DNA of 64,000 nucleotides from Azolla caroliniana (Eukaryota > Plantae > Polypodiophyta), in assembly GCA_043228905.1 (NCBI GenBank), contig JBHGNT010000011.1:5084001-5148000 (forward strand), written 5' to 3'. Of this stretch, positions 51,203 through 61,134 are shown in pieces. The notes beneath the pieces are model-generated. The model saw only the letters and a list, made by a program, of their open reading frames with translations. It searched no databases and was not told the DNA's origin. A program made the position numbers and the translations under genes. Within the stretch, counting starts at the first letter, position 1. Each line of letters begins with the position of its first letter.

Positions 51203-54200
51203 CCACTCAAGGCCACCGATGAGACGTAGCACACCATTAGAGTTGGTGCACACTGACGTGTGTCAAGTAGAAATGAAGTCACATGGCGGAGCCCAGTACT
51301 TCGTGACATTCATTGATGACCACAGCCGGAAGCTGTGGACGGCACCGTTGAAGACAAAGGACCAAGTGTTGTGCGTCTTCGGAGAACTCCACGCGAGAGT
51401 GGAAAGGGAATCTGGCAAGAAGCTGAAAGCGATACGAGCGGATAACGGAGGGGAATACCTGGGGCAGTTCCAGGAGTACTGTCGCTCGAAGGGAATCCGG
51501 CTTGAGTTTACTATGCCGAAGACGCCGGAACTGAACGGGCTGGCCGAGAGGATGAACCGGACCATAATGGAGAGGGTCCGGAGTATGCTGGTGCATGCGA
51601 AATTACCCAAGGGGTTTTGGGCTGAGGCAATGTCGACGGCGACATACGTGATAAACAGATCACCCTCAGTACCTTTGGACGGAGACACGCCGCAGAGAGT
51701 GTGGACCGGTAGGGAAGTATCCTACCGGCATCTGAAGGTGTTCGGGTGTCTCGCATATGTGCATGTGGCAAAGGACCGGAGAGGAAAGCTAGATCCAAAG
51801 ACCCGGCCATGCATATTCCTCGGTTACGGCGATGACGAGTTCGGCTATCGAGTATGGGACCTGGTCGACAAAAAGATATTCCGGAGTCGTGATATCATCT
51901 TCATGGAGGACAAGACACTCGCCGACTGGGAGTCGGAGAAGAAGAGGAAGAGCTCCAAGTTGACCGGTGAGGATCAACTCTACGAGGAGCAGTCCCGACC
52001 GGCAAGGGACCGGTTAGCACTCGAGGATCCGGCCGAAGACGGTGAAGAAACAGAACCGGCCGAGGAAGATGAAACTGATACCGGAACCGGCCCCGATCCC
52101 GAAATGGATTCGGATGAAGAGGAAACGGAGGAGCCGGTTACCGAAGCTCCGGAACGGAGATATCCTCTAAGAGAGAGAAGGCCCCCCCGGAGATTTCCGG
52201 AACCAGAGCACGTGCTGCTAACCGACGAGGGGGAGCCGGAGAGTTTTGAAGAAGCAAAGCTTGACACCCATAGCCGCAGGTGGTTAAGTGCCATGCAGGA
52301 GGAGATGGATTCCCTGCATGAGAACCACACATATGAACTTGTGGAGTTGCCGAAAGGAAAGCGGGCACTTCGAAACAAGTGGGTGTTCAAGCTGAAACCG
52401 GGAGATGCCGGAAACCCCCCGAGATACAAAGCCAGGATCGTGGTGAAGGGGTTCCAGCAGAAGAAGGGCGTCGACTTCGACGAGATATTTGCCCCAGTAG
52501 TGAAGATGACCTCCATCCGGACGGTGTTGAGCATAGCGGCAAGCATGGACCTCGAGGTAGAACAGATGGACGTGAAGACGGCATTCCTTCACGGTGACCT
52601 CGAAGAAGAGATCTACATGCAGCAACCGGAAGGATTCGAGAAGAAAGGGAAGGAGCACCTGGTATGCCGTTTGAAGAAGAGCCTTTACGGACTGAAGCAG
52701 GCTCCCCGGCAATGGTACCGGAAGTTCGACTCTTTCATGACCGACGAAGGGTACCACAAAACGCAGTCTGATCACTGCGTGTTTGTGAAGAAGTTCGAAG
52801 GAGGAGACTTTCTAATACTCCTCCTGTACGTGGACGACATGTTGATCGTCGGACGGGACCAGGTCAAGATACGGATGCTGAAGAAAGCGCTTCACCGAAC
52901 CTTCTCAATGAAGGACCTGGGTCCGGCGAGGCAAATACTAGGGATGCACATCATCCGGGACCGGAAGAAGAAGCAGTTGTGGCTGTCACAGGAGAAGTAC
53001 GTGACAAAGGTGCTTCACCGGTTCAACATGTCAGAAGCAAGACCGGTCGGGTCACCCCTCCCGGCAAACTGCAAGTTGTCCAGCAAGCAAAGCCCCAAGA
53101 CAAAGGCTGAGAAGGAGGACATGATGAAAGTACCATATGCCTCTGCCGTCGGAAGCTTGATGTACGCAATGGTGTGCACAAGACCGGACATAGGATATGC
53201 AGTCGGAGTGGTGAGCCGGTACATGAGCAATCCCGGCAAAGACCACTGGAACGCGGCCAAGTGGATACTCCGATACCTGAAGGGCACGGCAAACGTGTGC
53301 CTCCGATTCGGCTCCGGTAAGCCCGAACTCGACGGCTTTACCGATTCGGATATGTCGGCTGATGCAGATACCAGCCGGTCCACATCAGGGTATGTGATGA
53401 CGTATGCAGGGGGAGCTGTTTCGTGGCAGTCGAGGCTGCAGAAGACGGTTGCGTTGTCAACCACGGAGGCGGAGTACATGGCGGCTATTGAAACCGACAA
53501 GGAAATAATATGGATGAAGGACTTCATTAGAGAGCTCGGTATCCGGCAGGAGGAGTACCGACTCTACTACGAGAGTCAGAGTGCCATCCACATTGCGAAG
53601 AACGCGGCCTATCACTCCCGGACGAAGCACATCCAGCGAAGATATCACTGGATCCTGGAAAGGATAGAAGACCAGGAGTTCGTGTTGACGAAGATCCACA
53701 CGTACGAGAACGGGTCAGATATGCTGACCAAAGTGCTCACACCCGACAAGCTGGAAGCGTGCCGGAAGAGGGTCGGACTGGAAAGACATCCCATGCCGAA
53801 GTGAAGGGGGAGTTTGTTGGGATTACGGTCCCTCCGGATGTGATGGTCGGATGTCCGAGAATCGGGAATGAAGACCCGGTTCCGGATCCGGATGATGAAG
53901 ACCCGGTTACGGAGCCGGATGACGAATGTATCCGGAGCGAGATCCGGATGCGGGGACATATTTGTGAATATGTTTGCCAAGGGCCCTCTAGGCTATATTT
54001 GTAAATAGCCCGAAAGTCATATGTGTATAAATATGACTTAGGGCAAACAGTTTGTGTTGTTGCTCATTTTTCTGTTTTCCACTTAGAGGGAGCGAAGTGA
54101 GAGCAGCCGAAAGAGAGAGAGAGAGAGAAGAAGGAAGAGGTCGACGCCTCTGTGTAATACCGCCGCCTGTGGCGAGGACAGCGAGCTCAAGGTCGTCGCC

Positions 54201-55954
54201 TTGCAGCTCACCATTGTACATTCCCTGCGTATAGTGATAGTTGGAGTCTTGCACTCCCGTGGTTTTTCCCGTCTAGGGTTTTCCACGCTAAACCCTGTGC
54301 ATTCGAGTCTCTCTCTGTGTTTTCGATTTACTGCTGCATTGACTCGTGTTTCCTCGGTTGTGGCCGAGAGGGGAAGAATTTGAAAGCGTCAATTTATAAC
54401 ACTAGGTTCATTGATTTGATGTAAGAAATCCATCTTAGCATAGCTAGGTCAGGTGTTGCACATCTGGAAACCATCCCTAGGATTGGAAGGCAATCCGTCT
54501 CTATTACCACCTCTAACCCGATTAGGTAATCTTTATCCGCCTTCACTGCAGACACAATACCCCAAAGCTCACATTTTACTTGGGCGTATCCTCGTTGTTG
54601 CACACTTAAGAACTTGGCTCTGAACCAGATGGCGTAGCGTGTACCATCCTCTCCTTCTTGGTTGATGACCCATCTGATCCCTATTGGACTCGTATCTACT
54701 ATCACGTAGATGGGCACCCGTTCCTTGTATATGGCTTTTCGTAAAGTTGGTGCCGCTACCAACATTCCTTTGAGCCTCTTCATTGCCTCTGTGTGCTCTT
54801 CCTCCCACTTGAACTTCCGCCCCTTCTTTAGTAGCCCATACAAGGGCTCAACTAGCTGAGCGTAGTGCGGGATTCAGATGTGGTAGAATGCACAGGCACC
54901 AAGAAATTGCCTCACCTCCGTTTGCGATTTACATTCTTCCCTCATGTCTGTGATGGCGTCCACCTTTGTCGGGGATGGTTTCCGTCCGTACGCCCCGCAC
55001 AAGTGTCCCACCACAAGAATCTCTGGTTGGCCGAAGGCCGATTTCTCACCCGAGAAGGTCAAGCGTGCATCTTTGAGTTTTTGTAGAACCTTCTCGCAAT
55101 CGGAGATGTGATATGCCACAAAACGTCTGCACCCATCCTCGTCCAAGGTTTCATCTTTCTCCGCTTCAGAGCACCCTTTTATGGGGATGTCATCGAGGAA
55201 TGGCATGGTGATGTCGGGGATGCAATCTCTCAATACCTTGTTCATTGCATTTATCATGTGGGTTACAGAGTTAGTGCCTCCTTGTGGCAAGGTACACATT
55301 CGCACTAGGCCAATAGGGGTCCGCATCGTGGTGATGTCCCTACTCTCCACAGCTAGTTGGAATTCATCATATCCCGAGTATAGATCACCGATCAAATAAA
55401 TAGACCTTCCAGCGAAGGCCTCGGCGAATTCATCAACGCTCGGCCCAACCCCTGCATTTCGAATTGTCACTTGATTAACAGGTTGTAGGTCCTGGATGAA
55501 GCGTAAGGTGTCGTTCTTCTTTGGCACAGTGAACCACCAATTCGAGTATGGGGCGCTTGATGGCTCGAGGATACCCATCTCGATCTTTTCCTTGAGTAGC
55601 TCAATCAACTTCGGGATGTGAGCTCTCGGAACCTGGATTGGTTTGATGTTCCACGATACATGCGGTATTGTAAAGATCACCATTGGCCCCACTCTAATCT
55701 TCCAGTCGTGCTTTGTGTTGATCGGCCACTTTCCCTTTTTATAAAAGTACATGGACATAAGGTTGATCTCAGAGCCATGGTCGATCAATGCTACAACCGA
55801 CTCTTTTACATCTTCGACCCGTACAAGTGTCTCCGTTGTCGCTCTCGCCCAATGCGGTCTCGTGTAGTGACTATCCACATAGTCTTCGTTTTCCTCGAGA
55901 ACCTCAGTTGACAATGCATTTACAATCGCGGGCTTTGCCACTTCTTGCTCTGTC

Positions 55955-56397
55955 TATTACTCAAGGTGTGTTACTCCTAAGGGCCGGACAATAGCCTAAC
56001 AGAGGGTGTCTACGGAAGACACTTCACCAAAGGGTGTTATGGCGAGGTAACTTAGACTAACGATTGATCAGACCTTTATCAGCTACTTAAGCAACATATC
56101 ATGAATCTTAATACACGCGTAGGATAGAAAGTACTTAGCACAGAACGGTAATCAATACATAGAGATAAGACAATAGGGCTTTATTAATTATCCGTCATGA
56201 TTTACAATGTAACCGGGCCTTTTTATAGATCACCGGCTCTACATACAAAACGGTGCCAACTGGCACACTGATATGAACCGGTCGTCCGTTCACTTCTCAA
56301 AGTATACTTAATTACTAATTATTCTAATAACAACTTCCGATAATTCCTGCCCTTTCACATTCTGGACTGTCCTCCACTCCTTGCCGGCTGGCTAACA
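55955..56397. mobile_element. Solo LTR (family of element K) inserted in element F
   Basis: TATTAC...GCTAACA bounded by 5-bp TSD CTGTC (55950-55954 / 56398-56402). Removing it restores KRKRLST-EQEVAKP. Confidence 0.85.
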
Positions 56398-58234
56398 CTG
56401 TCGAGAGCCGCTTCCTCTTCATTAGGTCGATGATGACCTCATGGAATTCTTTCTCGGCAATTCCAAGAACCTTTCGCAGAGTAAACTCTACGCGACTATC
56501 GAGGATCCTTTCCTCCACTACCTTCTTCAGGTCCGTTGCTTGTTTGATCTCCGGGCAAAGCTTGAAGTTGGGACCCCCCCTTCTCTTTCCATCTTTCATC
56601 ACGTGCTTGAGACTGGTTCGGCTCTTCCCTTCTTCGTGCACCTCGAGCGTCGTATTTCCTTGATGGACCGGCTCCATCGTCATTTCCTACCTTCTTCTCT
56701 TCTACCATTACTTCGTAGTTTTGGCAAGCCGCTTCCACTAAGCCTATCTTTTCTTCCACCGGATCCTTCCACATAGTTGCTTCTTGGACCCTTCTTTCCG
56801 CTTCGTCCGTTTCTTCTCTTTTGAACTTTCCCCTAGAGAGCCTTCCAAGGATTGACGGCCAAAAGTCAAACTCTTTCTCCTCTTGCCTCCTCACCTCTTT
56901 CCCAACCCGGATCCCAGCCGACACCGAGTAGTGGACGACTTCAACATGTCGTGCTTCGGCCGCCTCCATTAGCTTTCTCATGCCCCCTCAGGCTTGATTC
57001 AATCCCAAGGGGCACCTTGTCTCCATCGAATAGACCCTATTGTTCCAAAGATAGACAATATCCCTTCTTAGGGTCTCTTGAAAGTCTCCACACTCCCTTC
57101 ATAGGTGGTCGGGATTGTCGCACCACATACATCTTTGCGTGAACGGGGGACGTTGATCTTGAGGGCCGCCACTCTCTCTCCTAGCTTGCGCTATTTAGAG
57201 ATCTCACACCATCTTTGTGAGCTCGTCTATTGCCGAACCTCCCGACGGTGCTTCAACCACGTTTCTCTCAAGGATGAATCTTGCATTTGCTTGCTCTCTT
57301 TCTTGAGGTGCTCTACCACCCCTGGGTTCGTGTGTCTCACTAATGGAGCTTGTGGATGTTTGGCCGCTCAACGGAGATCCATCATTCCATTCCCTTCTCT
57401 TATCGAAGCGACTACAAACCCGTTTTACCATAGCCCAATCCGTCGTGAGCCCATCATCAATTTCGAGGAGGAGCCCGACCTTCTCTCGGTCTCGTGCATC
57501 AACAACTTTTATGAATAGTAGGACCTTGCTTGTGTCAAGCACCATCCTATCGAGAGTCGAGAGTTGCGCGAAGCGCTTCTCAAATTCTTGTAGAAGTGCC
57601 ATAGTATTTCTCCCCTTGCCAAATTCTGAGTGAATCAATAAGGCCGTACTTCTCGAGGAGTCTTTCTTCGAACTCCACCCAATTGCAACAGTCTGCTTGG
57701 ATCTCGAGTACCTCTGCATGGATACTTGGCGTTACCACTCTAGCGAATCTAGTTAGCCGCCTATCTTCGGGGACATTTCGCATAAGCATTTCGGCCTTAT
57801 AGGCATCCAAGTAGCTCATGGTATCTCTTCCATTGAATCGACCCATTGTGCTGACCACCGTCTCTATGGCCCGGTCTAGGCCGGTGATGCCTTCTCAGGC
57901 ATTTACCAAGCGGTCCACCGCCGCTGCCATCGCTTCTTGGTTCTCCCTTGTCGACCTTTCACGTCGGGTTCACCAATTTATGTCATGAAGTTTCACGCGT
58001 GTGTGTTACTTGGGCGTGACCACGGGGGTCTTGGATTAGGGAGTACTGAAGGGATAGAGAGACCCAAGGTTTGCTTTACGACAATGCTACTTCTTGACCC
58101 CTTCCCGAGCAAGGGCTCGTTGCCCCTTTTTGTGAGGCCGGTGGCTTTCGTTGATCACGACTTGCCGAGTTTTCGAAATCACCCCCGAGCCAAATTATCA
58201 AACGGGTACAAGCAAAGATGAGCACGCAAGATGA

Positions 58235-59186
58235 ACGCACAAGGGGACGATAACACAAACACGAATGCCCGTACGTCTTTATGAGGAGGAGAGGTGTATG
58301 GGCACGCCCAAACGCTCCCTCGTCACAAGATGTCGAACGTACAAGGAAGACACAAACACACGCACAAAATGCTTATACGCCTTTATGAGGAGGAGAGGTG
58401 CATGGGCAAGCCTGAACGCTCCCTCGTCACAAGACGGCCGAACGTACAAGGAAGACACAAACACACACACAAAATGCTTGTACGCCTTTATGAGGAGGAG
58501 GGGTGCATGGGCAAGCCCGAACACTCCCTCATCACAAGACGACCAAATGTACAAGGAAGACACAAAAACATGCACAAATGCTCGTACTCCTTTATGAGGA
58601 GGAGAGGTGCATGGGCAAGCCTGAATGCTCCCTTGTCACAAGACGGCCGAATGTACAAGGAAGACACAAACACACGCACAAAATGCTCGTACACCTTAAT
58701 GAGGAGGAGAGGTGAATGGGCACGCCCGAAATGCTCCCTCGTCACAAGACGACCGAACGTACAAGGAAGACAAAAGCACACACACAAATGCTCGTACGTC
58801 TTTATGAGGAGGAGAGGTGCATGGGCACACTCGAAACGCTCCCTCGTCACAAGATGGCCGAACGTACAAGGAAGACATAAACACACGCACAAATGTTCTT
58901 ATGTCTTTATGAGGAGGAGAGGTGCATAGGCACTCCCGAAACCCTCCCTCATCACAAGACGGCCGAACGTACAAGGCAAACACAAACACACACACACAAA
59001 ATGCTCGTATGGCTTTATGAGAAGAGGTGCATGGGCACACCCGAAACACTCCCTCGTCACAAGACGATCGAATGTACAAGGAAGACACAAGCACACACAC
59101 AAATGCTCGTACGCCTTTATGAGGAGGAGAGGTGCATAGGCACACCCGAAACGCTCCCTCGTCACAAGACGGCCGAATGTACAAGT
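58235..59186. repeat. Tandem array of ~105-bp units (about 9 copies) inside the LTR of element F
   Basis: GTACAAG recurs at about 58339, 58444, 58548, 58653, 58759, 58864, 58969, 59074 and 59179, with TTTATGAGGAGGAGAGGTGCATGGGCA in the units. Confidence 0.92.
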
Positions 59187-59764
59187 GGACGAGAACAAAG
59201 AAAGAAAGAAAGAAAGAAAGAAAATCACGAATGATATTGGCTAAAGAAATAAATACGTGTTCGATTCCAACGCAAAAGGACCCTTTTTAAAATAGGGTTT
59301 GATTACAATGTGGTAGCTTCTAGTTAACCACAAGCTCAACAAAACATAAACACTAAATGCCCTTAGAGACAAGAGCAAATCCAAACACGATGAAGATGAA
59401 CACACAAGCACCACAAAAATGCCGACCCCAACGAACCAAGACCATCTGAACGGCGAGCACACGGGCTCGCAACGACGAACGAGGAGAAGCAACGTCCAAC
59501 CAATGAAGCTCGGGCTCACGAGCACTTCGAATGCCAACACGAAGAAGATGAGCACGTGGCGATGAGGGTATGAAGGGGTATGAGATGAAGAGAAGTGGTG
59601 AAGAAGAAGATGAAGAGCTCCGAAGGAAAAATGATGATAGTCTCCTTCTCCCAAAATATCCTCCAAAGTGAGCCTCCCTCAACCTCCTTTTATAGGAAAA
59701 AAAGATGGGGGGTCACCAATTTTTTCTTCAATGAAAAAGGAATAAAATTCCTTAAATCACGCTA

Positions 59765-59838
59765 CACTATAAGACTAGATTTGAACCGTGCACCTCTAGC
59801 TAGAAGTCAATGTGACTATCCACTAGCCCATTAACTCT
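59765..59838 (-). promoter_or_regulatory. tRNA-derived A/B-box module in the LTR of element F
   Basis: Minus strand TGGGCTAGTGGATAG...TTGACTTCTAG...GAGGTGCACGGTTCAAATCT. It aligns with the module in element C. Confidence 0.55.
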
Positions 59839-60474
59839 CTCTTATATAATATATAACTCTATCTTTATAAATTCATAGCCTGTCTCCCCTCTACCTTTTA
59901 TCTCTCCTCTCTCTTACTTTTTGCACGAGCCTGCATATAGTAGTGGTTTGTTTTCTGCTCTGTCTCCTATGCAAGACCCCGCTCGGCGCTACGAGCCTGA
60001 GCGCTCCCCGATCGGCGGCTTGGCAGCACATAGCCGTCGTCACCTGATCTACGTAGGTTTGGCTCGGAGCCGGAGATGTATCATGTTTTCTTGTAAATAC
60101 ACGTTCGCGTTCACAAGTGGAATGATTGCGCATTCCACTTGTAGAATCTTCTTAAAACGAAGCAAATACACCCTCTTTACAAAAATTGGATGCACTAGTA
60201 TCACATGTTCCTCAACTTGATGAGAATTTGCAAATATAAAAATACATGATAGATCTACGAGTGGAGATCATTAGAAATCATGCAAGTTTAGACATGTTGA
60301 TAAGTTAATGTAGGCATAATAAAGTTCAACTATGGCTCAATATGTCACTACTGTGCGACAAGGGAAACACTAACTTAAAGACTTATATTAATTAGGTAAG
60401 TTTTACAAAAATATCAGGTGTACTTGTATCCATACTAATAAAATGAGATATAATTTATACTTTGACCCATACGT

Positions 60475-60750
60475 GCATGTATGTAATTGTGGAAAATGTA
60501 GGATAGTGCACATTAGGATAAGTGATTGGAATAACTAACTTATTAAAGTATTCAATACTTGTATTTAAAGTTGATCTAATCTATTCCTCAGTTTGTTCAT
60601 ATGGGATCAAACCATATGTTTATAATTGTGGACAATGTAAGGCAGTGAACTTTAGGATAATGTCGTGGAAATAACAAACCTATTAGGCTTTCATACCTGT
60701 ATTTAAAATTGATCTACTCTATTGCTTAGGTGATTCACACAAGATCAAAC
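60475..60750 (+). repeat. Diverged ~140-bp tandem duplication downstream of the methyltransferase gene
   Basis: TAATTGTGGA.AATGTA...TTAGGATAA...TGTATTTAAA.TTGATCTA...GATCAAAC occurs twice. Confidence 0.7.
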
Positions 60751-61134
60751 TCCGAACGATAACGCAACTGGAACCATTATCAACACACTACACAATCTAA
60801 GCAGTAATGGAATAGAAACATAATAGTTTTAACAATAGAAGACAAAGATCCATAATAACAACATGGACAGTCATGGCAACAATTATAGGGCCATGTTCTG
60901 TTAAGGTTAGCTTGGACCAAAATCAGCCTCCATTTAAACTAGTTCATGTTTCTCCATAAGTTTGGTAGTCAGCTATGCACGCGGTGAGACCAATGTCATA
61001 AATCTACTAATCAAGTATATAAAAATAAAATTGAAACATATAGAAGATTATAAAGAATAGAATCCACTAGGTAAAACCCAAAATTTGTATTAATAATGTG
61101 AAATCTTAACAACTCGTTAGTGTCATAGAGTCTA

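Larger units (their letters stand above)
45792..53804 (+). pseudogene. pol: gag-pol polyprotein of copia D, interrupted by element E and one early TAG
   Basis: ATG at 45792 and in-frame TAG at 45855. CFHCGKPGHFRKNC, WVVDSGASFH and LWHKRLCH. Removing E restores RTSFH-SRPPMRR. Then LVHTDVC, LLLYVDDML and ALSTTEAEY. Confidence 0.95.
45172..54401 (+). mobile_element. Young Tnt1-like Ty1/copia element D
   Basis: LTRs 45172-45760 and 53815-54401 with about 9 substitutions counted by eye. 5-bp TSD CTAGG (45167-45171 / 54402-54406). PBS TGGTATCAGAGC (tRNA-iMet) at 45764-45775. PPT GAAGGGGGAG at 53803-53812. Confidence 0.97.
43792..60156 (-). mobile_element. Ty3/gypsy element F (same lineage as C), decayed; hosts copia D and a solo LTR; 3' LTR missing
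   Basis: 5' LTR 57981-~60156. Trp PBS at 57958-57975. gag ~56400-57930, PR/RT 54874-55941 (PFLDDIPIKG), RH 54407-54843 and INT 43800-45166. Confidence 0.88.

Noticed and set aside
51263-53699. Many antisense and alternate-frame ORFs over copia D, and likewise over element C
   Set aside because: They are shadow ORFs of GC-rich pol sequence with no independent motifs.
58235-59186. CRISPR-like regular array
   Set aside because: Whole units repeat with no unique spacers and no cas genes are present. The array sits inside an LTR.
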